DNA of 64,000 bases from an uncultured Actinomycetes bacterium (GTDB lineage Bacteria > Actinomycetota > Thermoleophilia > Gaiellales > Gaiellaceae). How positions within the stretch are numbered: position 1 is the stretch's first letter; each line of letters starts with the position of its first letter. Location of the stretch: assembly GCA_963754265.1 (NCBI GenBank), contig CAVWFB010000003.1, forward strand, positions 151,888 through 215,887, given 5' to 3'. Below the pieces are notes generated by a model. The model made no database searches and had not been told where the DNA came from. It saw only the letters and a program-made list of their open reading frames with translations. Shown one piece after another: positions 52,423-61,363 of the stretch. Both the position numbers and the translations under genes were made by a program.

Positions 52423-53268
52423 TCACGCCGCGCGGACCGCTTGCTCGTAGATGCGGTCGCGGGCGAAGCGATCGAGCTCGTCGCTGAGGAGGTCGGCGGG
52501 ATCGGGCGGATCGCCCGGCGGGAACGGCGCCGGCTCGCCATCGACCTCGACGCTGACCAGCCGGTCGGACGGCTCGTGCTCGAGCTCGATCTCGCGATCG
52601 AGCCGCGAGCGCAGCCATCCAGCCAGCAGAAAGGCCTGCGCCTCGGTGCCCGTGACCTTGATCCGTCTCACTTCGGCGATCCCCGGCCACAGCGAGGCGA
52701 GCTGGGGACGCCAGCGGCTGGTTCGTGCCCAGGCGATGTCAGAGACCATCACGCGATCGAACACGTCGGCTAGCGCAGCGTAGGGTCCGGGCAGACCCGG
52801 CCACTCGGTGCTGTCGACGATCAGCCGGTCGACCACGTCCAGGAGCTCCTCGAACGGCTGCTCGCCGAACGGCGGCACTCCGCGCCAGCGCAGGAACACC
52901 GGCAGGTCTGGGAGCAGCAGCGGCTGGACGATGCTCGCCGGCACCGACGCCCGGTTCCCGCAGAGCTCGATCCTGATCGTCTCGGTGCAGATCTGCCTGC
53001 CGACCCCCGACTGGAAGCACTCCACCTCGGCCCTCGCCTCGATGCCGTCGTCCTCGTCCGGCCGCGGGAAGAGCGCAATCGTGCGCGACGGATGCCGCTC
53101 GGCAAGTCCGGCGAGGACGTCTTCGGCAGCCTCCACCCAGGCTTCCGGCACCCAGGCGAGGTGCGTCATCACGCTCGTCCGCTGGTACGGCTCGCCCGAC
53201 TCGGGGTCGAACCGGCTCGCGGCGAGCTCGCGGTCGATCTCGGCGACCGACCCTAGTGCCGTCGCCAT
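52423..53268 (-). CDS. opcA: glucose-6-phosphate dehydrogenase assembly protein OpcA
   Basis: 'MATALGSVAEIDRELAA', 'TSVMTHLAWVPE', 'ERHPSRTIALFP', 'LLPDLPVFLRWRG'. ATG 53268 overlaps the zwf end by 16 nt. Confidence 0.85.
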   Translation of the reverse strand: MATALGSVAEIDRELAASRFDPESGEPYQRTSVMTHLAWVPEAWVEAAEDVLAGLAERHPSRTIALFPRPDEDDGIEARAEVECFQSGVGRQICTETIRIELCGNRASVPASIVQPLLLPDLPVFLRWRGVPPFGEQPFEELLDVVDRLIVDSTEWPGLPGPYAALADVFDRVMVSDIAWARTSRWRPQLASLWPGIAEVRRIKVTGTEAQAFLLAGWLRSRLDREIELEHEPSDRLVSVEVDGEPAPFPPGDPPDPADLLSDELDRFARDRIYEQAVRAA

Positions 53269-54776
53269 TCCCGTGCGTCCCGTCGCATGAGCTCGTTTGC
53301 GGCCGCAGGGCCCCACGTGCCCGCCGCGTAGTTCGGGAACGAGGGCCGGTCGCGCTTCCAGAGCGCGACGATCGCATCGACGAGGGACCACTGCTCCTCG
53401 ACCTCGTCGGCCCGGGTGAACAGGGTGGCGTCGCCGCGCAGGCAGTCGAGGATGAGTCGCTCGTAGGCCTCGGGGATCCCCGTCCGGAAGGTGCCGCCGT
53501 AGAGGAAGTCCATGTGGACCGTGCGCAGCATCATCCCCTGGCCCGGGACCTTGGCCGCGAACTCGAGCGAGACGCCCTCGTCGGGCTGAATGTGGACGAC
53601 GAGCACATTCGGTCGCAGCCCTTCCGAGTCGGCCTGCTCGAACGGCGGATGCGGAGCCCGCTGGAACTCGATCGCGATCGTCGTCTCGCGCCGGGCGAGC
53701 CGCTTGCCCGCGCGGACGTAGATGGGCGTGTCGGCCCAGCGCCAGTTGTCGACGTACAGCTTGGCCGCGACGTAGGTCTCGGTCAGCGAGTTCGGGTCGA
53801 CGCCGGGCTCCTCGCGGTAGCCGGGCACCTCCTCGCCTTCGATGTAGCCGCGGCCGTACTGGCCGCGGACGACGTGCTTCGGTCCAGGGGTGTGCAGCGC
53901 GCGGAGCACCTTCACCTTCTCGTTCCGGACCGATTCGGCGGTGAAGTCGACCGGCGGCTCCATCGCGGTCAGCGCCACCAGCTGCAGCAGGTGGTTCTGG
54001 AAGACGTCACGGATTGCCCCCGCCTGTTCGTAGAAGGCGGCGCGACCCTCGATGCCGAGGGTCTCGGCGACCGTGATCTGGATGTGGTCGACGAACTGTC
54101 GATTCCAGATCGGCTCGAAGATCCCGTTCGCGAAGCGGAGCGCGAGCAGATTCTGGACCGTCTCCTTGCCGAGGTAGTGGTCGATCCGAAAGATCTCCGA
54201 CTCGTCGAAGCTCTCGAGCAGCTTCGCGTTCAGCTCCCGCGCCGAGGTGAGGTCGCGGCCGAACGGCTTCTCGACGACCACGCGCGTCCAGCCGCCGGTG
54301 GAGCGTCGCTTGCCGAGTGAGCGCACGAGGACCGGCAGCGCATCCGGAGGAACGGCGAGGTAGTAGACGCGGTTCCCGGCCGTGCCTCGGGCCTCGTCGA
54401 GCTCGGTCAGCGCTTCCAGCAGACGGTCCTGGCCGGCCTCGTCGGCGAAATCGGTGGCGACGTAGCGCATCCCGGCGGCAAGCCACTCCCAGACCTCGTC
54501 GTCGAAGTCGTCGCGGCCGAACTCCTGGACCGCGCGCTTCATGCGCTCACGAAACTCCTCGTCGGTCTCCTCGGAGCGCGCGACGCCGACAATGGCGAAC
54601 TGCTCCGGGAGCATGCGCCGCAGCGCAAGCGAGTAGAGGGCGGGGAAGAGCTTTCGGCGAGTGAGGTCGCCGGAGGCGCCGAAGATGACGAACGCGCACG
54701 GGTCGGCCATGCGCCTGATGGTTAGCCCTTCGAGCAGCGGGTTCTCGTGCGCCGCCGGCTGTGCGGTCTCGGTCAC
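53253..54776 (-). CDS. zwf: glucose-6-phosphate dehydrogenase
   Basis: 'FVIFGASGDLTRRKLFPALY', 'RIDHYLGKETVQNLLALRFAN', 'VVEKPFG'. GTG 54776 overlaps the gnd stop (GTGA). Confidence 0.95.
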   Translation of the reverse strand: MTETAQPAAHENPLLEGLTIRRMADPCAFVIFGASGDLTRRKLFPALYSLALRRMLPEQFAIVGVARSEETDEEFRERMKRAVQEFGRDDFDDEVWEWLAAGMRYVATDFADEAGQDRLLEALTELDEARGTAGNRVYYLAVPPDALPVLVRSLGKRRSTGGWTRVVVEKPFGRDLTSARELNAKLLESFDESEIFRIDHYLGKETVQNLLALRFANGIFEPIWNRQFVDHIQITVAETLGIEGRAAFYEQAGAIRDVFQNHLLQLVALTAMEPPVDFTAESVRNEKVKVLRALHTPGPKHVVRGQYGRGYIEGEEVPGYREEPGVDPNSLTETYVAAKLYVDNWRWADTPIYVRAGKRLARRETTIAIEFQRAPHPPFEQADSEGLRPNVLVVHIQPDEGVSLEFAAKVPGQGMMLRTVHMDFLYGGTFRTGIPEAYERLILDCLRGDATLFTRADEVEEQWSLVDAIVALWKRDRPSFPNYAAGTWGPAAANELMRRDAREWRRH

Positions 54777-55756
54777 TCGCCCTTCTCCAGGTGCCCGCCG
54801 AAGGCCTGCCGCATGGCCGAGAGGATGCGGTTGCCGAACTCGGCCTCGCCGCGCGAAGAGAAGCGATCGAAGAGCGAGGCCGCGAGGACAGGGACCGGCA
54901 CACCCTCGTCGACCGCCGCTCGGATCGTCCACCGTCCCTCCCCGGAGTCGCTCACGCGGCCGGCGTAGGTGTCGAGCATGGGCGACTGGTGCAGCGCCTG
55001 TGCGGTCAGGTCGAGTAGCCAGGACGAGATCACCGAGCCGCGGCGCCAGAGCTCCGTCACAGCCGCGAGATCGAGCTCGTAGCGGTAGTGGTCGGGGTCG
55101 CGGAGCGGCGTCGTCTCCGCGTCCGACTCCTGCTCGTGCAGCCCGACGTTCGCGTGCTTGAGCACGTTCAACCCCTCCGAGTACGCCTGCATGAGCCCGT
55201 ACTCGATCCCGTTGTGGACCATCTTGACGAAGTGGCCCGCGCCGGATGGACCGCAGTGGAGCCAGCCGTGCTCCTCGGGGGTCGGATCGCCCTCGCGGCC
55301 GGGCGTTCGCTCGGCCGCTTCGACGCCGGGCGCGAGCGCCTCGAGGACCGGCGTGAGGCGCGCGACCGCCTCGTCATCACCTCCGACCATCAGGCAGTAG
55401 CCGCGGCGAAGCCCCCAGACGCCGCCGCTCGTGCCGACGTCGACGAAGTGGAGCCCACGCTCACGCAGCTCGGCCGACCGGCGCAGGTCGTCGACGTAGT
55501 ACGAGTTGCCGCCGTCGACGACCGTGTCTCCGTCCTCGAGGTGCGGCGCGAGCTCCGAGACGACGGAGTCGACGATCCCCGCCGGCACCATCAGCCAGAT
55601 CGCGCGTGGGGACTCGAGCTGCTGAGCCAGCTCTTGGAGCGAGGACGCCGTAGACTCGACGTGGGGGTCGAACGTCTTCACGTCGTGACCGGCCGCGCGC
55701 AGGCGCTCCGTCATGTTCCCGCCCATGCGGCCGAGGCCGACCATCCCCACTTCCAC
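54773..55756 (-). CDS. gnd: 6-phosphogluconate dehydrogenase, decarboxylating (short ~327-aa form)
   Basis: 'VEVGMVGLGRMGGNM', 'DGGNSYY', 'FVDVGTSGGVWG', 'GAGHFVKMVHNGIEYGLMQAYSEG'. Only the C-terminal 327 aa of the 890-aa track ORF is real; the rest is shadow frame over pgi. Confidence 0.9.
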   Translation of the reverse strand: MEVGMVGLGRMGGNMTERLRAAGHDVKTFDPHVESTASSLQELAQQLESPRAIWLMVPAGIVDSVVSELAPHLEDGDTVVDGGNSYYVDDLRRSAELRERGLHFVDVGTSGGVWGLRRGYCLMVGGDDEAVARLTPVLEALAPGVEAAERTPGREGDPTPEEHGWLHCGPSGAGHFVKMVHNGIEYGLMQAYSEGLNVLKHANVGLHEQESDAETTPLRDPDHYRYELDLAAVTELWRRGSVISSWLLDLTAQALHQSPMLDTYAGRVSDSGEGRWTIRAAVDEGVPVPVLAASLFDRFSSRGEAEFGNRILSAMRQAFGGHLEKGE

Positions 55757-57126
55757 TAGATGTCCTCCAATCTGACTCGCACGATTCTCCGCCCCCGCTC
55801 CTCGAGCGACGAGAAGTCGCCCGCGGCCTGGGCCTGGATCAGCCGCCGGAAGCCGAACTTGCGGCCGGGGATCGAGACCTCCTCGCCGGGGTCGTCGACG
55901 ACCTGGACGAAGAGCCCGGTATTCGGCCCGCCCTTGTGCAGCTGGCCGGTCGAGTGCAGGTAGCGCGGCCCGAGGCCGTGCGTCACGACACAGCCGGTCT
56001 CGGCCCGAGCGCGCTCGACGAGCGGCTCCAGCTCGGCCTCGCGCTCCGGGTCGACGAACGCCAGCACCGCCACGTAGTCGCCCGGCTCCGCCTGCGCCAG
56101 TAGTTCCTCGAGCGAGCCTTTCGGCTCGACGTCCGGGTTGCCGCCCGCGGCCAGGACCTCGTTCGTCTTGTCCTTCGCCGCCTGCACGTTGGGCTGGTCG
56201 AACGGGTTGATCTCGAGGATCGAGCCCGCCACGGCCGTCGCGAACTCCCAGCGGTAGAACTCCTGGCCGAGCTCGTAGGGCGCGCTCAGCCGCACCTCGG
56301 GCGCCTGCCGATCGGGCCCGTCCGGCGGTTCGCCGGGCGCGGGGATCAGCCCCTTGCCCTCTTTGCCGGTCGACTCCGCCAGCAACTGCTCTGCCCAGAG
56401 ACCGAAGCCGCCCGTGTTCGGGTTGATCGTCACCTTGTCTCGCCCGTCCTGCCAGCCCTCGCCGAGCTCGAGGCCGAGCTCGAGACCCGGATTGCCGTCC
56501 TGCGCGTGACATGCGTCCACCATCTCCTCGACGCGCTCGAGCAGGCGCTCGAGGTCGACGCCCATCAGGGCCGCCGGCACGAGGCCGAAGACCGACAGCG
56601 CCGAGTAGCGGCCGCCGATCGTCGGCTCGCCGTCGAAGATCCCGAGGAAACCGCGCTCGCGTGCGAGCGACTCGAGCTCCGAGCCGGGATCGGTGATCGC
56701 CGCGAAGAGCTCGCCGCGCTTGCCGGCCTTCTCCCAGAAGTAGTCGAGATGGCAGCGCGTCTCCAGCGTCGTTCCCGACTTGGATGCCGCGACGAATAGC
56801 GTCGCATCGAAGTCGAGCGTCTCGGTCACACGGCGAAGCGCCGCCGGATGCGTCGTGTCGAGCACGTGGAACGAGTCCGACTCGAAGGTGCGCCGGATCA
56901 CCTCCGGGGCGAGGCTCGACCCGCCCATCCCGAGGAGGACGAAGGTGTCGACGACGCCCGGGGCAGCGAGCTCCTCGACGAACCGGAGCAGGTCGCCCAG
57001 GCGGCTGCGCATGCGCATCGGCTCGTCGAGCCAACCGAGCCACTTGGCCTCGTCGCGTCCGGTCCAGAGCGTCGCGTCGCGGGCCCAGATGCGCTCGACG
57101 ACCTCTGCGGGGGCGACGGCGCTCAC
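55756..57126 (-). CDS. pgi: glucose-6-phosphate isomerase
   Basis: 456 aa. 'VLLGMGGSSLAPEV', 'FVAASKSGTTLET', 'IGGRYSALSVFGLVPAAL', 'FDQPNVQAAK'. Confidence 0.9.
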   Translation of the reverse strand: MSAVAPAEVVERIWARDATLWTGRDEAKWLGWLDEPMRMRSRLGDLLRFVEELAAPGVVDTFVLLGMGGSSLAPEVIRRTFESDSFHVLDTTHPAALRRVTETLDFDATLFVAASKSGTTLETRCHLDYFWEKAGKRGELFAAITDPGSELESLARERGFLGIFDGEPTIGGRYSALSVFGLVPAALMGVDLERLLERVEEMVDACHAQDGNPGLELGLELGEGWQDGRDKVTINPNTGGFGLWAEQLLAESTGKEGKGLIPAPGEPPDGPDRQAPEVRLSAPYELGQEFYRWEFATAVAGSILEINPFDQPNVQAAKDKTNEVLAAGGNPDVEPKGSLEELLAQAEPGDYVAVLAFVDPEREAELEPLVERARAETGCVVTHGLGPRYLHSTGQLHKGGPNTGLFVQVVDDPGEEVSIPGRKFGFRRLIQAQAAGDFSSLEERGRRIVRVRLEDI

Positions 57127-57914
57127 GCGTCGAGGAAGCCGAGCACGAGCTCGTCGAACTCGCGGGGCCGCTCCATGTTGGGCACGTGCGCGGTGTCGGG
57201 GATCGTCGCCCGCCGCGCGCCGGGGATCTCGCGCTCGAGCCGATCCGCGATCTGGTGGATGTCCGCCACGTCCTCGTCACCGACCACGACGAGCGTTCGG
57301 ACGCTGATCTCTCCAAGGCGCTCCGCGAGGTCGGCGACGAGCGGCTCTTCCTCCACGGGACCCTCCACGGGGAACTGCAGCTCGCACGAGCGGCGCTCCA
57401 TCTCGGCGACCTGCTCGCGAACGGACGGATCGACGGCCTCCGCACGTCGCCCCGGACCGACTACCCAGGTCCGCACGGCTACTTCGGCCACAGCGTCAAA
57501 ATCGCCTCGGGCGAACGCAGCCTCCTCTTCGGCATCGGCGGCGTCCATCTCCTCCGACCACTCGTGTCCGGGCAGGCCCGACCCCACGAGCACGAGCGCA
57601 TCGACGAGCTCGGGCCGCGCGACTGCCACCTCGAGTGCGACTCGTCCACCCATAGAGACGCCGACGAGCGAGGCGCTCTCCAGCCCGTGGCTTTCGATCA
57701 GCTCGACCAGGTCGCGGCCGCGCGAGAAGGAGCCGGGCTCGAGCGTCGAGCGGCCGAAACCGCGCTGGTCGTAGCGCAATACGCGGTGAGCACGAGAGTA
57801 GGTCTCCCACTGGGGGTCCCACATCCGGCTGTCGCAGATCCCGGCATGGATGAGGACGACCGCCGGGCCGTCACCGGCGACCTCCGCGTACAGATCCGAG
57901 CCGGTGACGCTCAG
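57123..57914 (-). CDS. alpha/beta-fold hydrolase embedded in the pentose-phosphate operon (start unclear, possibly CTG 57914)
   Basis: 'GPAVVLIHAGICDSRMWDPQW', nucleophile elbow 'LVGVSMGGRVA', 'VVVGDEDV', 'IPDTAHVPNMERP'. It overlaps the pgi start by 4 nt and the tal stop by 4 nt. There is no in-frame ATG/GTG/TTG near the N-terminus. Confidence 0.75.
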   Translation of the reverse strand: MSVTGSDLYAEVAGDGPAVVLIHAGICDSRMWDPQWETYSRAHRVLRYDQRGFGRSTLEPGSFSRGRDLVELIESHGLESASLVGVSMGGRVALEVAVARPELVDALVLVGSGLPGHEWSEEMDAADAEEEAAFARGDFDAVAEVAVRTWVVGPGRRAEAVDPSVREQVAEMERRSCELQFPVEGPVEEEPLVADLAERLGEISVRTLVVVGDEDVADIHQIADRLEREIPGARRATIPDTAHVPNMERPREFDELVLGFLDA

Positions 57915-59018
57915 GCCGAGACCAGCTCGCCTTTCTTGGCCCGAACGCCGTCGAGCAGCTCTCGGAAGGAGTCGGAGAACTTCTCGACGCCCTCGCGCTC
58001 GAGCGTCGCGACCACGTCGTCGTAGTCGACCCCGGCCTCCGCGAGCCGTTCGAACAGATGGCGCGCCTCGTCCAGGTCGCGCTCCAGCGTGAGCTCGACC
58101 TACGCCGTGATCCTGGAAGGCGCGGATCGTCTCCTCCGGCATCGTGTCGACCGTCTCCGGGCCGATCAGCTCCTCGACGTACATCACGTCGCGGTACGCC
58201 GGGTTCTTCGTCGACGTCGAGGCCCAGAGGCAGCGCTGCTTGCGGGCGCCCTTGGCGGCCAGGGCCTCCCAGCGATCGCCCGAATGGAGCTCCTTGTAGC
58301 GCTCGTAGGCGAGCTTCGCGTTCGCGACCGCAAGCTTCCCCTTCAGCTCGTCCGGGGCGCCGATCTCCTCGAGCCGCTTGTCGGCCTCCGTGTCCACCCG
58401 CGAGACGAAGAAGCTCGCCACCGAGGCCACCGGGCCGGGATCGCCGCCGCTCTCGACGAGCCGCTCGAGCCCGCGCTGGAAGGCCTCGACGACCTCGGAG
58501 TAGCGCTGCAGCGAGAAGATCAGCGTCACGTTGATCGAGCGTCCGCGGGCGATCATCTCCTCGATCGCGGGCAGCCCTGGCTCGGTCGCGGGAATCTTCA
58601 CGAAGCAATTCGGCCGGTCGACGAGCTCGTGGAGCCGCTGCGCCTCGGCGATCGTCCCCTCGGTGTCGTACGCGAGGTTCGGGTCGACCTCGATCGAGAC
58701 GTAGCCGTCCTGGCCGCCGCCGCCGTCCCAGACCTTCCGCAGCAGGTCGCAGGCGCCCTGGACGTCCTTGACCGCGAGCCTGAGGAAGACCTCCTTCGCG
58801 TCGTCCTCCTCGGCCAGCACCTCGCGCAGCTGGTCGTCGTAGAGATCTCCCTCGGAGATCGCCTTCTGGAAGATGGTCGGGTTGGAGGTCACGCCGACCA
58901 CGGCGTCCTCCTCCATCATCCGCGCGAGCTCTCCGCTCTGGAGCATGTGGCGCGAGAGAAAGTCGATCCAGACGCTCTGCCCGAGCTCGGACAGCTGGTG
59001 CAGTCGCGATTTAGCCAT
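57911..59018 (-). CDS. tal: transaldolase, frame break near 58100
   Basis: SD 'AGGGAGAAG' precedes ATG 59018. 'QSVWIDFLSR', 'GVTSNPTIFQKAI', 'VSIEVDP', 'FVKIPAT', 'INVTLIFS', 'SVASFFVSRVD'. After '..TIRAFQDHG' the natural C-terminus 'VELTLERDLDEARHLFERLAEAGVDYDDVVATLEREGVEKFSDSF..' is in the next frame and ends at TGA 57911-57913. The track shows an artefactual Tal-hydrolase fusion. Confidence 0.88.
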
Positions 59019-59469
59019 AGGTCTTCTCCCTTTCCATCTCTTCGATCTTTTCAAGCCGGCGCACGTAGCGCTCGCCGCCGTTGAAACGCGCGGCCAAAAA
59101 GGTCCGCGTCAGCTCCACAGCCAGCTCGGCGCCCACGACCTCCGACCCCAGGCAGAGCACGTTCATGTCGTCGTGCTCGACGCCCTGGTGCGCCGAATAC
59201 GTGTCGTGGCAGATCGCCGCACGGATGCCGGCGAGCTTGTTCGCGGCCACGGATGCGCCGACGCCCGAGCCGCAGACGAACACCGCTCGCTCGGCCTCGC
59301 CGCTTCGAATCGCCTCGCCGACCTCGCGCGCCTTGTCCGGATAGTCGATCCTCGGCTCGGCCTTGTCGGTGCCCAGATCGACCGTCTCGTGCCCGAGCGC
59401 AGCCAGCTCGGCCAGCAGCTCCTCGCGCAGCTTGACGCCGCGGTGGTCGAAGGCGACCGCGACTCTCAT
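59011..59469 (-). CDS. rpiB: ribose-5-phosphate isomerase B
   Basis: 'MRVAVAFDHRGVKLRE', 'AVFVCGSGVGASVAANK', 'IRAAICHDTYSAHQGVEHDDMNVLCLG'. ATG 59469. It overlaps the tal start by 8 nt. Confidence 0.9.
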   Translation of the reverse strand: MRVAVAFDHRGVKLREELLAELAALGHETVDLGTDKAEPRIDYPDKAREVGEAIRSGEAERAVFVCGSGVGASVAANKLAGIRAAICHDTYSAHQGVEHDDMNVLCLGSEVVGAELAVELTRTFLAARFNGGERYVRRLEKIEEMEREKTYG

Positions 59470-59518
59470 CAGGACCGTTACGTTACCCGGGAGCCGTCGT
59501 CCAAGGAGGTCCGGCGCG

Positions 59519-61363
59519 ATGAACGAGACCGAGCTCTGGCGGGAACTGGGACAGCAGCTGCGCGTCGATTCGATCCGCAGCAGCAACGTGACCAAGTCGG
59601 GTCACCCGACCTCGTCGATGTCCGCGGCGGACCTGATGGCGGTCCTGCTCGCGAAGTACCTGCACTACGACTTCGGCTCGCCGGACGACCCGCGCAACGA
59701 CCACCTCGTCTTCTCCAAGGGCCACGCCTCACCGCTGCTCTACTCGATCTACAAGGCGGCGGGCGCGATCACCGATGAGGAGCTGCTCACCTTCCGCGTC
59801 TTCGGGAGCCGGCTCCAGGGCCATCCGACCCCGGCGATCCCGTGGGTCGACGTCGCCACCGGATCGCTCGGTCAGGGCCTGCCGTACGGCGTCGGCATCG
59901 CGCTCGCGGGCAAGAAGCTCGACCGATTGCCCTACCGCACCTGGGTGCTGTGCGGCGACAGCGAAATCGCGGAAGGCTCGGTGTGGGAAGCGTTCGAGCA
60001 CGCCTCGTTCTACGGGCTCGACAATCTGACTGCGATCATCGACGTCAACCGCCTCGGGCAGCGCGGCGAGACCATGCACGGCTGGAATCTCGACTCCTAC
60101 GCCGACCGAGCGCGAGCCTTCGGCTGGAAGGCGATCGAGATCGACGGACACGACGTGGAGGCGATCGACCGAGCGTACGCCGAGGCCGTTGAGACGGAGG
60201 GCGTCCCCACCGTGATCGTCGCCAAGACGATCAAGGGCAAGGGCGTGAAGGAGGTCGAGAACAAGCCGAACTGGCACGGCAAGGCACTCGACAACCCCGA
60301 GCAGGCGATCGAGGAGCTCGGCGGCGAGCGGAACATCGTCGTCGAGCCGGCCAAGCCGGACTACGAGGGCGAGCCCCACGTGTTCGAGTCCGGGCCGCTC
60401 GAGCTGCCGACGTGGGAGCTCGGCGAGGAAGTGGCGACGCGGCTGGCCTACGGCGAGGCACTCGTCGCCCTGGGCGGGGGCAACGGCAAGGTCGTCGCGC
60501 TCGACGGCGAGGTCAGCAACTCCACCCACGCAGAGCTCTTCGCCAAGGCCTATCCGGAGCGCTACTTCGAGATGTTCATCGCCGAGCAGCAGCTGGTCGC
60601 AGCGGCCGTCGGCCTCCAGGTACGCAACTGGGTGCCGTTTGCGTCGACCTTCGCAGCGTTCTTCTCGCGCGCGTACGACTTCGTCCGCATGGCCGCGATC
60701 AGCCAGGCGAACATCCGCCTCTCGGGCTCGCACGCCGGGGTTTCGATCGGCGAGGACGGGCCGTCGCAGATGGCGCTCGAGGATCTCGCGATGATGCGCG
60801 CCGTCCACGGTTCGACGGTGCTCTATCCCTGTGACGCGAACCAGACGGCGAAGCTCGTCGCGGAGATGGCGGAGCGCGACGGAATCGTCTTCCTGCGCAC
60901 TACGCGGGCGGCGACCCCCGTCGTCTACGACGCGGAGGAGGAGTTCCCGATCGGAGGCGCGCGCGTTCTGCGCGAGGGCGACGACGTGGCGATCGTCGCG
61001 GCCGGGATCACGCTGCACGAGTCGCTGAAGGCCGCCGAGCAGCTCGAGAGCGAGGGCATCTCGGCGCGGGTGATCGATCTCTACTCGGTCAAGCCGGTCG
61101 ACGGCGAGACCTTGCGGGCGGCCGCCGAGGCCACCGGGGGCCGGATCCTGACCGTCGAGGACCACTGGTCCGAGGGAGGCATCGGCGACGCGGTGCTGGA
61201 GGCGCTCTCCGACGGGGAGGCGCCGGCGCGGGTCGTGCGGCTTGCCGTTCGCGACCTCCCGGGATCGGGCAAGCCGGCCGAGCTGCTTGCTGCGGCCGGG
61301 ATCGACGCGGAGCACATCGTCGAGGCCGCTCAGGCTCTCGTCGAGACGCCGATCAGGGCCTAG
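59519..61363 (+). CDS. tkt: transketolase (~614-aa short form)
   Basis: 'SGHPTSSMSAADLMAVL', 'DHLVFSKGHASPLLY', 'VATGSLGQGLPYGVGIA', 'CGDSEIAEGSVWEA', 'IAEQQLVAAAVGL', 'GEDGPSQMALEDLAMMR'. I chose ATG 59519; the upstream track extension is shadow frame over rpiB. Confidence 0.92.
   Translation: MNETELWRELGQQLRVDSIRSSNVTKSGHPTSSMSAADLMAVLLAKYLHYDFGSPDDPRNDHLVFSKGHASPLLYSIYKAAGAITDEELLTFRVFGSRLQGHPTPAIPWVDVATGSLGQGLPYGVGIALAGKKLDRLPYRTWVLCGDSEIAEGSVWEAFEHASFYGLDNLTAIIDVNRLGQRGETMHGWNLDSYADRARAFGWKAIEIDGHDVEAIDRAYAEAVETEGVPTVIVAKTIKGKGVKEVENKPNWHGKALDNPEQAIEELGGERNIVVEPAKPDYEGEPHVFESGPLELPTWELGEEVATRLAYGEALVALGGGNGKVVALDGEVSNSTHAELFAKAYPERYFEMFIAEQQLVAAAVGLQVRNWVPFASTFAAFFSRAYDFVRMAAISQANIRLSGSHAGVSIGEDGPSQMALEDLAMMRAVHGSTVLYPCDANQTAKLVAEMAERDGIVFLRTTRAATPVVYDAEEEFPIGGARVLREGDDVAIVAAGITLHESLKAAEQLESEGISARVIDLYSVKPVDGETLRAAAEATGGRILTVEDHWSEGGIGDAVLEALSDGEAPARVVRLAVRDLPGSGKPAELLAAAGIDAEHIVEAAQALVETPIRA

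Noticed and set aside
54773-57445. 890-aa single ORF suggesting a giant multidomain protein.
   Set aside because: Only the C-terminal 327 aa (from GTG 55756) is 6-phosphogluconate dehydrogenase. The N-terminal ~560 aa is Arg/Pro-rich shadow frame overlapping the real pgi gene in another frame.
57123-59054. Apparent transaldolase-alpha/beta-hydrolase fusion protein (643 aa).
   Set aside because: The linker 'VGRAHAGARPGRGAPSVRTARGGRG...' is out-of-frame transaldolase sequence. The genuine transaldolase C-terminus and stop (TGA 57911-57913) are in the adjacent frame, so these are two genes plus a frame break.
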